DNA from: Podarcis bocagei
Lineage: Eukaryota
DNA: 64,000 nucleotides
Direction: 5' to 3' (one strand)
NCBI GenBank assembly: GCA_964188305.1
Contig: OZ076886.1
In this document: in pieces, positions 9,691 to 23,549 of the stretch
How the letters are laid out: each line of letters starts with the position of its first letter
Numbering within the stretch: position 1 is the first letter of the stretch
Made by a program: the position numbers and the translations under genes
Notes under the pieces: model-generated
What the model was told of the DNA's origin: nothing
Databases searched by the model: none
What the model saw: only the letters and a program-made list of their open reading frames with translations

Positions 9691-11026
9691 CCTAAATTTG
9701 GAACAAGGGGTTGCTAATATCTTCTATGGCGAACCTATTAAAAAAATAGTTGTGACTTGCTTGAGGACCTCAGTGTCAGGGCAAAGTCCTGGACAGTGGT
9801 ATTTAGCAAATAAATGTGTTCATGGAACCATAGGATTGGAAGGAAACAAAAATATGACCACCCCCATGTAATCCACAATTCTGTGTACCAGAAGCAGAGA
9901 GCAGGTACATTGCAGAAAGATGCGTGTCAACCTTATAGTTTCAGATGAGGGTGGGGGAGAGTTTTAAGCAACGCAGGAATCTGCCTTACACTAAATCAAA
10001 CTATTTATCCATCTATGTCACTATTGGTCATTTTGACTGGTAACAGCTCTGCAGGGACTCCAGCAAAGGGACTCCATATCACATGCTATCTGCTCCTTCT
10101 AGCTGAAGATGCCAGGGATTGAACCTGGAACCTTCTTCATGAAAACCATGTGTTCTGCCACTGAGCTTTGGTCACTCTACAGTTTTGGCTAAGTTCCAGG
10201 CCATTTTAATCATCAAAATTGCAATGTGGTGCATTGCATGGTGAAGAGGATTCCTGAGGTCTTATCAGGCTCAGTCACAGACCTCCGGTGTGAGTTTAGG
10301 TGAGTTTCTTTCAATGCATCTTTTTCTCTCTCAATCATTACAAGGAATAATGGAATAATCCACACCATGGGGCCAGTCTTAGGTCCTTGTCCTGCCAACA
10401 AATTTTGTCATTTTCTATAGGAGCTCAGGGTAAAGTGTCCGAAGCAGGGATACTCAGATATGTAGAGAAAGGGAAATAATACAGACTCCAAGAACAAGAA
10501 GCCAGTGTGGATTTCTGGAAACAGAGTGATAATCCTGGGAGTTGTGCAGCCACAGGATGAACCTCCTGTTCATTGCCTTTTTGCCAGGAAGAAGAAAGGA
10601 ACACATTCAGAATTGTTATAACTCCATCACAAGAAGACCAATCTGGTGCAGTAGGCCCTGTTTCTTTCATATGAGTGAAGTAGCTTGCTTGCAGCCTGAA
10701 TGACGGGGAAAGGAAGCAGTGTACAGGGTTTTTCCTTTGGAATGGATCCAAGGTTCTTCCTTCCTTCCCTCCCTCAAACATAACAGATGCCAGACGTGTC
10801 TGCCTGGGCAACAGCCAATCCCTGAGGCATGGGATCTATCAACAGGGTGGTGAAGGTTTATGGATCTCAACACAAAAGGCTGGCAGCCACCACAGTGTCC
10901 AAGCACTTTGCTCTTGAGCAGCCACTCTCTTGTCTAGTCCAGAGCTCCACAAGACCAGAAAAAGGTGGTCTCTCTTCAACAAAAAGAAAGGCACAGTATT
11001 TATAAACAATGGTTGAATACCTGAGC

Positions 11027-11160
11027 CCAGTGCTATTTTTCTAGAAAAAGAGGTGCCGGAATTCAGCATGAACACCTCCCTCGGTCTCTTAGAATGGCAA
11101 TGGCCTCACCTGAGAGTCACAGAACTGAGTTGGGCAAGTTCTGGCTGAAAAAAAGCACAG
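11027..11160. mobile_element. Non-autonomous DNA transposon (hAT-like MITE)
   Basis: cagtgctattttt...aaaaaaagcacag ends; internal sequence shared with 54631-54786. Confidence 0.6.
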
Positions 11161-12274
11161 GCTGGACCACACAAAATCCTCAGTCAGATATGGGACCAAT
11201 GCGCACATTATTGGCAAGGGTTATGAGTCATCCTTGAAGCAGTAAGACTGGTACAAAAACCGGTGTCTGTAAATGACTGATGGGGTTGTGGTATGAATCT
11301 TCAGTAGTGATACCTCATAGGTGCATTTCATGGTATTTTGGCCAGAAATGTGTAGATTTCTGAAGGACCAGCATGATGGCTAAAATCCTAACCCAACATA
11401 CCTGGGAGTAAGCCCTGTTGAATTCAATAGGACTGGCTTCTGAGAATACATGATGATGGTTGCTATCTAACCCCAGATACCATTTGTTTAAAACAAATGT
11501 GCTCCTTCACATTACTACTCTTTGTCTGTCCTTTTGATATTGTCAAAATTATGAGGACAATTGGGCCAGTCTGTTCCAATGGTCATGTTCACCACCTCAC
11601 ATGGTTCTCTTATGGATTGTATGAAATGTATGTCATGCTTTGGTTACTTACCACTCAGCAATACGTACCTAGCACCTCAGCTGGTTGTCAAAATAGGCTT
11701 GATTCTGATGAAGGGCAGAATAGAGGATACACTGGAATTTACCCAATGTTAATAATGCAATATCCAACAAAGTTGCCCCACAAGCACAAGGACATCTGCC
11801 TGCACAATGAGACTTCTTCTCCTCTTCCTGCATGCTCCCCCAACACCCCTCACATATGTTCTGGGGTTCCCCAACCCTCTGGAGCAGATTTAGGGGGGGG
11901 ACAAGGAGAGAGGAAAGGGAGTCCTATCAAACAGATGGAGAGCCTTGCAATATCAGGATAACTGCTGGATAAAACTGAAAGTTTATTTGAGCCACAGTGA
12001 AAACAAATTTGCAATAAACTGAAATGAATGGGTGCCAAACTCATGCCTAATCTCCTAAATGCATTAGCCTGCATGCGCCAATTCCACTTCAGATCTTTCC
12101 ATGCTAAGAAGGAAGTTCTGAAGGGGGGTTCTAAGCACATCAGGATGTGTATGTGCCTAGTTCCTTTTGCAATCAGGAACTCTTGATAAGACAGAGTTCC
12201 TGATAATAGAATCTGAAGCCAGCGTGTGTGGAGATGTTGGGGTGTGCCCCCTCCCCATTTTTACCTGCATGTAT

Positions 12275-12338
12275 CCTGGCATGCTCTGGTCCATGGGGTC
12301 ACGAAGAGTGGACATGACTCAACGACTAAACAACAACA
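12275..12338 (+). mobile_element. BovB (RTE) LINE extreme 3' fragment
   Basis: gctctggtccatggggtcacgaagagt...acgactaaacaacaac matches the end of the 22.6-23.0 kb copy; flanked by atcctggca / atcctgaca. Confidence 0.8.
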
Positions 12339-13465
12339 TCCTGACAAATACCGGCATCAGGCTTTTCCCGCTCAGCTAATCCTCAGTTGTCACCTTCAAA
12401 AAACACACACCCCAACGGTCATTCCACACCTGCTTCAACTTCCACTAACCTTAACATTCTATACTCCAAGCGATCCTCGCCCCTCCAAATACAAGAGCTA
12501 AGCCTGGGGGCAAATGGAGGCCTGTTTTTAATTTAACGTGATATTCTTGGGAAAAACACAGGCAGGATTTGTGCTAAAAATAAACCTAGGAAACGTGTAC
12601 GATAAAGGGTTGATTTGAAGGAAATGCACCACAAACCTTGGAATCATGATTCCTTGGAAGTGTATGGAAACACCAGTAGGGAAGTCTGCTGGAAAAACTA
12701 GTAGGAAGAACTGTGGGTCACAAGAGCTGTGGTAAGGGAATGGGAAAATATGTTCATCTTTCACTTGGAGAGGCTTTGGCATGGAATACTGCCACCCTCG
12801 TGAACCCTCACAAGTCAGGCTTTGTACTGGCTTAAACAAAACTGGCTTTATTGCAGTAGTTGTATATATAGTACATCAAAGGAAAATAAACAGAAATGCA
12901 TTCTCTCAACCTAAGGTTTATGCTGTGTGGTGTCCTCTGGAGATTAGAGAACCAGGCTATATTGCTTATGAACAGAGGCACTTGCTCTCAGTGAACCAAG
13001 AAACCAAGAGCTAGAGAAGCTGCCAGTACAGCTAGCTTGCCTGTTACAAGAATCGTTAGTGCAAGTGGTCTAGTCTGCTCACAAGATGCCGGTTTTCTAA
13101 CCCTGGAGGAGGAGGTTTGGTCTTTCAAGACTCCTCTCTGACCACATTACACTATTTGCTTGAGTAGACTGATCGTACAGTGATGTCTGCTCCATTTCAA
13201 GAATCCTATAGCCTAGAAACTCAAATTCTGTAATTTGACTGTAAACACAACAAACTACGCAGGGTGAGGACCAATGTAATGTAAGACTATCCAGCTGCTT
13301 CCTTCCAGCTTCACAACAGAACTCATCATCTGCATGAATTATGGCAGAGCTGCTGATCATTGATCCATTGTCTGCAGAATGCGCACACCAGAAGTGAGAT
13401 GTAATGTAGACATGGAATCTGGCAAACACCACAACAGCTACCGCTGCTGAAGAGGTTTGCTACTG

Positions 13466-13580
13466 GTTACAGATAGGTAGCCGTGTTGGTCTGCCATAGT
13501 CAAAATAAAAAAGCACACGAAAGCTCATACCAAGAACTAACTTAGTTGGTCTTTAAGGTGCTACTGGAAGGAATTTTTTT
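13466..13580. mobile_element. Penelope-like element terminal fragment
   Basis: gtagccgtgttggtctg...cacacgaaagctcatacc...gttggtctttaaggtgctactgg; flanked by a perfect 13-bp direct repeat aggtttgctactg (13453-13465, 13581-13593). Confidence 0.65.
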
Positions 13581-14958
13581 AGGTTTGCTACTGTTCAGTT
13601 GCTTAAAAGCAGATTGCCTCTTTGGGGCAGATGTTTCAATGCAAGATCTGGTGTGGTATATGTTGTTTCTCCACGCCCAGGTACGTAGCACCTATAATAA
13701 TATGGCTTTGCCGCTGTCCAATCTCTGCCTTACACAAGCATTTAGTGAGATCCAAATGGAGCGAGAGTGAAATGGCTTATGTTCATTCCCCTGCTTATTA
13801 TATTTCCACACCTGCATATTTAACATTTTCATCTTTACCCCTGATGGGCTTGAAAATGCTGGCCTGGCCCAGACCTGTGCTTTTCTACAGCTGCACTCTA
13901 GTGCACGCTTACTTAAGAATCTCATTGAACACAGTGGGATTTCTAAAGTGTGGCTATATTCCAAGACTTTATTCTATTTTATTGTATTTTTACTTCTGTG
14001 ATTGGTGAAGACTATGCGGTTCAGATACCCACAAAGGTTTTAATTACTAATTAGTCAAATAAATGTTCCTGTTTCCCTCGTTCTCTCCAAATTACCTCCT
14101 TCTATCATAAAAGTTTGTGCATGAATATATCCCAAGATGTAATTTTATTGCATTTTTATTCCTGTGACTGATGAAGACCATGTAGTTATAATGGTCACAA
14201 AGGTTTTTAATAACTAATACAAGCTTGCCATTCCCCCGCTCTGTCCAAATTACCTCCTTCTATCATATGCGCTTAAGCTTATATGAGCTCTAAATATTTT
14301 GGAAGCATTTTGGGCCATTGAAATTAAGCTCTCTGAATAATAGCATTACCAGTATTGTCCAGGCGTTTTGTTTGTGAGCAATGTCCTAATGCACAGGTGC
14401 TCTCCAGATGTTGTAGACTACAACTCCCATCAGTCCCACCCAGCATGGCCAGTGGTCAAAGATGAAGGGAGTTGTAGTCCACACCATTTGGAGGACACAA
14501 TGTTGGCTACTCCTGAGATATTCATTTGGTCTTGCGACCTCTGGAGATACCTCAGCACAAGCCATATAGTCAGAATCTTTTGCAATGCAAGGAAATGGTG
14601 GTTCACCAATAAGCAAAAGGTCAGCTATAGATGGGGCTTCTGTGTTATGCTGAGCAAGTTCAAAGATTTGAGAACTGAGCAGAATCAGGAGTATCAGCTG
14701 GCAAAAGACAGTAACTCGGTTTGTATATTTTGTTTATAGACACCCCGCAAGCAATCTGTACCTGGAAGCAGAAGTAGGCAAAAGGTGGCCATGCGCCAGA
14801 TTAGATTCTGGGGTACCACCCTTCTCTGACTCCCTCCCTGCTTTCTTTTTTGTTCACATTCAATTTCACACCATCAGGTAAATCCATATAAATGCAGCCT
14901 GTTGGATTGCCAGCATGTTTTCCTCTCTGGGTAGAGCTAGGAAGCAGGAAATCCAAAC

Positions 14959-14961
<3 letters not shown>

Positions 14962-15012
<51 letters not shown>
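14962..15012. repeat. (AC)n microsatellite
   Basis: Seen directly. Confidence 0.98.
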
Positions 15013-15017
<5 letters not shown>

Positions 15018-15428
15018 CATAATCCACTAGGGAGCTCTCTTGTGCAAGCTTTGTTGAAATGAGCAGCATCTATGCTAGAACTTTTTGGTTAGCTCCCATT
15101 GATTTCAGTAGTTCTTTCAGTCTGAGAGGACGTCTGGGTTGCTGTCTCCTGCCATTAAGAGAGTCCCAAATTCACCATTTGGAGACCATTGCCTCACCTT
15201 AACCTCCCGGCATGCCACATCAGTTGCCTGGGTATGTTAATTCAGAAGTAAATCCCACTGTGTTCAGCACGGCTTGTTCCTAGATAAGTGTGAATAAAAT
15301 TGTAGCTATAGAATTCAGGAAAAAGAGTTAATTGGAAAAAATGTACGCAGTACATAAAATGGATCTAGGCTGGCTGCAGCCATAATTTTGTGGGGAGTGA
15401 TAAACTGTGGAAGAATACAGCACAAGAG

Positions 15429-15432
<4 letters not shown>

Positions 15433-15483
<51 letters not shown>
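15433..15483. repeat. (GA)n microsatellite
   Basis: Seen directly. Confidence 0.98.
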
Positions 15484-15488
<5 letters not shown>

Positions 15489-15676
15489 TGACGGAGTTCC
15501 AGCTAAGGCATACTCAGAATTAATAGACTTTTTAAAAGTTACATTGGCTATCACCCTCTGTATTTGTTAACAATAATCTGTTTTTCTGTATATTTATTCA
15601 ATATAGATTCCTACCTTATATTCATTTGGTCTTCTATTTATTGTTCGGGGAACCCCCATTTAGGCACAATCTAGCT

Positions 15677-15801
15677 CAGGCATAGGCAGACTCGGCCCTC
15701 CAGATGTTTTGGGACTACAACTCCCATCATCCCTAACTGCTGCTAGGGATGATGGGAGTTGTAGTCCAAAACATCTGGAGGGCTGAGTTTGCCTATGCTT
15801 A
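15677..15801. mobile_element. Palindromic hAT MITE (ccagatgtt...gactacaactcccatc family)
   Basis: Almost the whole element is an inverted repeat; 8-bp TSD atctagct / atctagtt. More degenerate relatives at ~14400-14510, 26550-26680, 33450-33590, 35820-35945 and 60500-60620. Confidence 0.85.
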
Positions 15802-17074
15802 ATCTAGTTGAAGTTAAAGCACTTAAGTTCCATTGATTTAATCACGTGCTTAAATCTCTTCTACTGGGCTCATTCAGATTTTAACATGCTTACTTTTGTT
15901 TGGATTTACATCCTTAATTTGTAGGGGGTGCCATAGTACTTCCTTGAAGTTGGTGTAGGTATGCATACATATGTATGTTTGACAAGGAAGCTTTGGAATC
16001 TAGCCAAGTATTTCAGCATGGAAAAATAGAAGTCCTAAATCAAAATTCCAGAATAACGCTTGAAATTGCAGGCAGAACAATTTTTTTCTGCAGACTAAAG
16101 AAAGGATCATGAATGGAAAGAGAAAAGAATTGATAATCAGTGGAGATGTAGCAAACTAAAGAATGTGTAATAAGATGTCAATGACAGATAAGTCTATATA
16201 TGATATGATAGGATGAAAAAAATTGTGTATAATGGATATTTAAAAAGTGCAAAAAGAAAAAGAAATTACTGTCAGAACTGCTAGTGAAAGGGTGCATGAT
16301 TGACCTGACAACCAAACCACTACAGAGGCAGCAAGCGTGAATTCTGAAGTTACAGAAGCACATCCAACGTGGTTTCAACTGTAAAGAGTGAATGCTTGTG
16401 CCAAACCATATATCAGGACCTGATGTCTGCTAATATGCAGGAGCAATGATCATCTCTACAAACAAAACCAGGCACTGAGAGACTTCATATGTATGTGGAT
16501 GTGGCGTGTGCTTGTACGTGGGTGGGAGGACCGTGCAGGGCATATGTTCTAAGCTCTTCCAGCAAATAACACAAAGTGGATTCCTTTACTAGGAAAATAT
16601 GCTTTGTACTGGCCCCGCAAGCCTTTTTTGGGTTGTTTTCAATCACGTTGCTCTTTCTGAAGAAACAGTGCCTCCCTCTTCCGGAGAGCTCCCTTCTCTG
16701 CCTGAGAATTAGCACAGAACCAGACGTTCACAGGGCAACGAGAAAACGGGCCTGTTCTGTTACTGACACACATAAGGAGCCTGCTAAATAGCTCACAACA
16801 GTTGCATGTTTGGTATGTACAGAGGCGGACACGCACGTGAATGTAGACCTCTCTCTGGTTGCTGCTGCAAAAGTAGGCAACTCTTTCTCTGCCTGAGGTG
16901 TTACGCCTCAGTGCCTTTAGCAGCTCCTATGAAAATAAAATACAATAAAACAATTAGCAGGTGTGGTTTCCCCTTCATTAGCATAGCATGTCAGAACAAT
17001 CTACCTCTGTTGGTTTTCTGTATAGAAGTTAAAGGCGCAGAACCTCTGTCAAAGGTGGGCAAGGTGGCAATTAG

Positions 17075-17770
17075 AACTACAAGACTGGATTACTGAAATA
17101 TGCTTCAGGTGCTGCTACCTTTGAAGATGGTTCAGAAACTTCAGCTAGTGCAAAATGCAGCTAATGGGGCCAGGAGATCTGAACGCGTGACACCCCAGCT
17201 GCTCACTGAGAGACTCCATATGAATTGCCCTGGCTATCACCGTGCTGGCTCAAGACATTTTGCTGCCTGATGTTAAGGACAAGATGGCACCCCAGCCCTA
17301 TTCCATGTACAGACCCTAACTGGACTGCCAATCTAATCTTCTTTCAGCATGGTGATAGGACAGCTTCTCCGCACTGCACCTAAGAGCAACAGGCCAGCGT
17401 AATAGAGGGCAGGCTGCAGGGCACACACAGATCTGTCCTTCAGTACCTCATTGCTGCTCTTCACTGCCCCAGCGGTCACTGTCCCACTGCCTGTGGCACA
17501 GCAGGCCCTGGGCTAGCAGTCTTTTTTTATTTGGGCCTCTTAGGCCCTAAATCTGGCTACCTAAAGGACTGCTTGCACCCATATGACTGTGCCTATAATT
17601 TGAGCTCTTCATCCAAGTTCCTGCTTGTGTGAACCAGGTGAGACAATACGTAACAGGGATTTTTTGCTGGTGGCTTCATAGCTGCAGAACTCTCTTCCGA
17701 TAAGCATTTCCTTGGCTCCTGCAGTCCTTGCATTCAAAAAAGCCTTTAAAACTTACATTTTCACTGTTGC
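17075..17770 (+). mobile_element. Degenerate L2-type LINE 3' region, interrupted
   Basis: agactggattactg...gaaacttcagctagtgcaaaatgcagc (RLDYC...KLQLVQNAA) and downstream ..ttcaaaaaagcctttaaaacttac. Confidence 0.6.
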
Positions 17771-18285
17771 CGTTCCTTGAGAGAGTTTAGCATGGTGCTC
17801 TAATTCGCACATCTTTTCGTCGATATTCACTCACTGCTTCTTCACATTCGGATGTTCTAAATGTCTCCTCTCTCTTTTGAGTTGTGAGGGCTTGGCCCTG
17901 AAAAGTGACTAAGAAATAACATGAATAAATAAACACCAATTTTTAAGACAGCTCTGTTCAAGAACAGAGCAGCAATGAAGGGCAGTATACAAATTTAATA
18001 AATAATAATTTTTGTTGCTGTCTTTATACCTTTAACTTGATATGCAGAGATGAAGCTGTTACCTTTTTTACCTGTCAATTCATCTCCTTGCTGAGGAATA
18101 CTCTGCCTACTAGGCACCAGCATGTTGTGCCGTTGTTTGAAGGCATAGATGCCAAGCTAGTAAATTGGCCATCTTCTGTGGCATTTACAGCACATTGCAC
18201 TATAGCCTCTAATGATCCTGCTCTTGAAGATCCCAGATGCTTCTGGTGTGACATGGCTGGATTCAGTGGAATGTTGGCTGGATCC

Positions 18286-18443
18286 CAGTGGCGTAGCGTG
18301 GGTTATAAGCACCCGAGGCAAGGCAAGTAATTTGCGCCCCCTAACCCATGGATTTGTGCCCCCTAACCCGTGGATTTCCCTAACCCCCAGATGTTGCGCC
18401 CGGTGCGGCCGGCCCCCCCTGCACCCCCCACGCTACGCCACTG
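18286..18443. mobile_element. hAT MITE, young
   Basis: Perfect 17-bp TIR cagtggcgtagcgtggg; perfect 8-bp TSD ctggatcc (18278-18285, 18444-18451). Confidence 0.92.
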
Positions 18444-21400
18444 CTGGATCCTGCAGAGCTTCTCCAGCATTCTTAAGGGCTGCCACACACAATATACTGC
18501 TGGACCTCATAGCCAGAAAGGAAATACATTTGGGCCTGTTGCCAGTAATTCCTGATGTATGATAATCAACAGCCCAGCCACTGGTGTCCTTAGCAGCCTT
18601 TTATGGATCGGGCCCCAGGACAATGGCTGGAAATATAACTGGTGATTGCTTCTGCACATACCATGAATAAATGAATTTTTGTGCCCTGTACCATCACCAG
18701 GATATGGAAAATATGTTGAACAAGGCAGCAAAATGCAGAATGTATATATATATATACATATATGTGATCACTTTCCTAGTCATAAAATAAAAATCTCTTA
18801 CACTACATGAACTCAACCAATATTTTATCTTAAAATGAATGTGGGAACCAGCTCTTAACTTTGGGTGACTACTGATGACTGAAAATAGCTGTTTGTACAT
18901 GCAGAAATTCCACCAAGAAAATCTGACACAATTGTCACTGAAGATTAGGTTTTGCTTTGCTTACCTTTGTAGACATAGCCTCAGCGGCATTCACTGCCAT
19001 TACCTGGAACTGAGCAGAGGCCTGTGGCTCCCTTGTGATAAGATGCCTAATGCTAATGCTGAGCTAAGAAGATAACACTTTTTTCAGGAAACAATGTCAC
19101 ATCTGTTCTTACTATTGATTTAGAACAAACTGGAAAATCCAGATGATTTCCAGCTAATTCAGGGTTCCCTGGAATCATGGGGAGGACAGCAAAAAAAAAA
19201 GCAAAAAAAAAAGCAAGCAAACAGTCTGGCTTCCTCCTGCACCTACAAGAGAAGCTTCATTTGCAAAATTGAGTAGGCAGAGATACTCACAGCAACACCC
19301 CAGCTTCTAATTTCTGCAGATGAAGCTACTGTTGAGGCACCTGAGTTGAGGATGGTAAAAAGCTCTATTAGCAAGATCATCCCTGACCGCTTTGGAGGAA
19401 AATTCTATGCTCAAAAACACTGCAATGTCTACTGCTGGAATTCACCAGGGAGAATCTTATTCCTAAATTTATATTAAGTTCAACCAAGACCATTTTAGGC
19501 CATGCTTCAGTATTTATTTATTTTTTATTTTAATGCAAATTATATCCCACTCTTCCTCCCAAAGGAATACTGGAGGATGATGTCGAAGCATCAGTGTTGA
19601 ACTAAGATTCAGCTGCTAGGCCAGTCAGTTTCTGTGGAAGGTGAGTGGAATTGCCCTCTTCTTGCTTGCCTGAGGCCATCAAATGTCTTAGGCTAGTCCT
19701 AACACCATGGCCCTCTCTGAACAAGAACAGCTGACAAATCGCCAAAGGTCGAGGTCTGTCAAAAGAGCCAAGTCCATTCCAGCACCCATAGTGCAGATTT
19801 TCTTCCTACTTGGGATGGAAAAGTTGTTCTTTTTCTCTCTGGGACAGTCACTGAAGCAGAGCTGGGAATACACTAGGAATTCACCCTGGAGACAGACATC
19901 TCCCTGTGCACTTATGGGGTGAGCAGGGGTCAGCTGCTGTAATGGGAAGCTGTTATTTCTGGTGCTACCCCTTTGTGCCAGAAACTTAAGAATGTGCTCA
20001 CATTACCATTTACTGCAGCTCCAGTGTACTCCGCTGCTGGTTTTTAAAGGTGGGTTCATATGCCATTAGCCACAATCTGTATGTATTCTGAAGCTTTTAG
20101 AGAAATACTCTTCCTTGATGTGTTCTATCTTAACCCAATTTCCATAGGATTTGAAAATGAAAACCACAGTTCCATTGTGGTGTGAACAGTTCGGGCAGCT
20201 TTTGCACATGTGCAGATGATGGCACACATGCAAACAGAAGCCTCACTGAATTGGAGTTTGGCATGGTGGGGGCATTGAATCATCTGGTGACGACATCTAC
20301 CCCCCTGCTCTGGTGTGAGAAGCAAGAAAGTGACATGGAAATGCAGCCAGGGTGGTGGTGGTGGAATAACCTCACAAGCTGCTGATGTGAGCATAGCCTT
20401 TCTCTCTTCGGTCTGTAGTCATTCCCCACCCCAGGCCCTGAACCAAGCTACAGGTGTTCCCATATATTGTTATCTGACTCTAGTACAAGGCAGTGTGGGA
20501 GGATGTTGCAATGTTCCTCATCGAGGCTATAGGAGAGGCTTTATAAATCAGACGAATGCTTCAACGAGCCCAGAGCTGTCAGTCTTGATGAGGAACAGGT
20601 CTCGGAATCATTGAACCAAGCCACTGGGTTGTCTCTGGAGCAGATCTTTTAAGAAAGGTATGAAGGGGTGGGCAGAGCACATCCTTATCTTTCAGCTTTT
20701 CCTCTCCCGGTAGAAAGAACAGGCTGCTCCAAATGCCCGATTTCTAAAATTTATTTATGCATTTTAAAGACTCCCATGCTGTTTTGCAGGACAACCACCT
20801 CACAAAGCAGTATACAAACCATCAGATTAGTCAAAACAGTCAATGCAACCATAATAAAGTTTTAAAAACCTGGCAGGTGACCTATACGCTGCATCATTCT
20901 CCTGCCGCTTCTGCTCTGCCTGGCCTCAGCTGATGGAAGGCAGCACCTCACTGCTCTGGCTGTTTCCCTCTCGTGGCTTCTCTGTAATGATGCTAAACAG
21001 ATCTAGGCAGGGCCAGCATCAGCCCACAACAGAGGATCACGAGCTGGGCTGTTGCTTGGAGCAGAGAGGCACCGCTAGATCTTTAAAAGACAAAGGGCAC
21101 AGACCAATGACAAAAAAAAAATTGCATGCCATTTGCAGGTGCTAATTTATATGTGCGGACACAATTTCCGGCTGCTTTTCATAGGGAAAGTCACTCTACG
21201 ATACAGAAGGGGAAACTCACGTTCAACCATTCCCAAAAGCCTGGATGAAAAGGCGTGCTTTGGCGTGTCACCAAAAACATGTGCAATGTAGGTGCCAGAT
21301 GCACATGTTGACCTTAGGATTAGTACTTATTGTATAATTATGCTTGTTGATTCATTCTTGTCTTAATGCTTTCTATCTCTTGTGTTCGGCTGTTTATTTA

Positions 21401-22576
21401 CGCTGTAAAGATTTCAAAATTCCTCTAATGTTTCGATGGGCAGGGGAACTTATATGTTTGGGGGAAGGGGCAAAGATGGGTAGGTGGGCTTTATTGAAGG
21501 CGTAAGGCTGAGAGTGGTATATTTTAATGTAATGGGAAATTTCTAACAGACTGTTAATAATACAAAAACATGGAGGAGGGGGGAAAGGGACTGGCAATCT
21601 GGGGCTCAGGCCCCCTAGATCCCCTCCAAGAAACCCCCCGATTCAGAAGATGCAAACACAAAGAATGTCTGCTTGCTTGCCTGCTATAGAATGGCCTCTG
21701 AGTCCATGAATTGCAAAGAGATAGAATGGGATGAAAAGGATGGGCTCAAATGGAATGGGATCCTTATTCCCTCCCAACACACCCTTTTCACCCACCCTAT
21801 CTCATTGCAACACAAAATATTGAGCTCATAGGTCAGTTCTTTCTCTTTTATAGCATCCAAAGAGACTGGGGGAATTGATTCTCACCATTCACCTCCCAAC
21901 ATATTCCAATATAAACTTTATAAAATATTTTTCTTTGAGAGGCGGGCAGGCTGCCACATTCTGTACTGGCTGCAGCTTACAGATGGCAGCCCCAGGCAGA
22001 GTTTGGCACAGTAGAAAAGTTCTGTAGCTTTTGCTCTTTGCTAGCCTTTGCTACAATTTTTCTTTTACGTTTGATAAACCAAGTAGCTGCTACTAAATCT
22101 GCCCCACGCTCTATCTTGCTCTCAAGAGCAATAGATGCAGAGCACTTGTGTTTGTGCAATGGTCTCCATCGCTCTATTGAGGGGTGTGTGTGTGTGTGTG
22201 TGTGTCTCCTTCAAGGAGATCTAAGAAAGTGGTGGACAAGCCAAAGCCACACCAAGTGGGAAGAGAAGAAAATTCCAATAGAGTCTTGGCTTTGGGAAGG
22301 TCAAGAGGTACGTAAACAAAGTTTGTTATAATCATTCCAGATTTGCATTCCTGACTTGCTGTAATTTGTCACAATGCACAAAGCTGGTGCAACACCACCA
22401 AGCATCATTTTACTTCACTGCTTCAGCAAGGGAGAATGAGAAGCTGCATATCCTAAGAAATTTAGAGTTTTGAAAGCCAACAATGTTACTTTGCCAGCAG
22501 ACCAGAGGGAAAGATTTGGAGGAGGGTAGGATTTATTGGGTTGAATATTCTTTTTGTTCCTAGTAGAAGTCATGCT

Positions 22577-23016
22577 ATGGTTTTCCCAGTAGTGATGTAT
22601 GGAAGTGAGAGCTGGACCATAAAGAAGGCTGTTCGCTGAAGAATTGATGCTTTTGAATTATGGTGCTGGAGGAGACTCTTGAGAGTCCCATGGACTGCAA
22701 GAAGATCCATTCTGAAGGAAATCAGCCCTGAGTGCTCACTGGAAGGACAGATCCTGAAGCTGAGGCTCCAATACTTTGGCCACCTCATGAGAAGAGAAGA
22801 CTCCCTGGAAAGACCCTGATGTTGGGAAAGATGGAGGGCACAAGGAGAAGGGGACGACAGAGGACGAGATGGTTGGACAGTGTTCTCGAAGCTACGAACA
22901 TGAGTTTGACCAAACTGTGGGAGGCAGTGGAAGACAGGAGTGCCTGGCGTGCTCTGGTCCATGGGGTCATGAAAAGTCGGACACGACTAAATGACTAAAT
23001 GACTAAACAACAACAA
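22577..23016 (+). mobile_element. BovB (RTE clade) LINE, 5'-truncated
   Basis: atggttttcccagtagtgatgtatggaagtgagagctggaccataaagaaggctg...; KTLMLGKMEGTRRRGRQRTRWLD; (CAA)n tail; perfect 12-bp TSD agaagtcatgct (22565-22576, 23017-23028). Confidence 0.95.
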
Positions 23017-23549
23017 AGAAGTCATGCTGTGGGGTTCCAGTAAACCATGTAGCCATCATATTATATTTGGCCAGAGGCCATATCTCAGAGTACATAAAGC
23101 ATGGCAAGAGAGGCAGGTGGTGTTCTGTGTGTGAGATCCTGACATGCAGCTATTTCTGGCTACACATGAAAGTGGCACAATTGCATCATTCTGCTACTTC
23201 TCAAGTAGAGAATCAGATAACATATATGTGGTAGATCCTGAAAAGGGGGGGGGGGGTGTTAAAAGCCAGTCTATGCCAGAGACACAGATAGTGGTCCAAG
23301 TAGGTATTGATATATAATTTGTTTCTTGCGTCATTGACACATAGTCTAGTTTTACTAGCCATGAACTGCACAACAAGCTTGACTACAGAAAGGAAATTCT
23401 AACAAAATAGGGCCTCTTTAAGAGTCATCTGTTTTATCTTGCTATGGCTGGAACTGATTGCATTCAGAAAAAAATATTGCTAAAAGTAATTGAACTGCAT
23501 ACTTACTGATATGTATTGACAACCATATGTCAGGAGTGCTCTGATGGTG

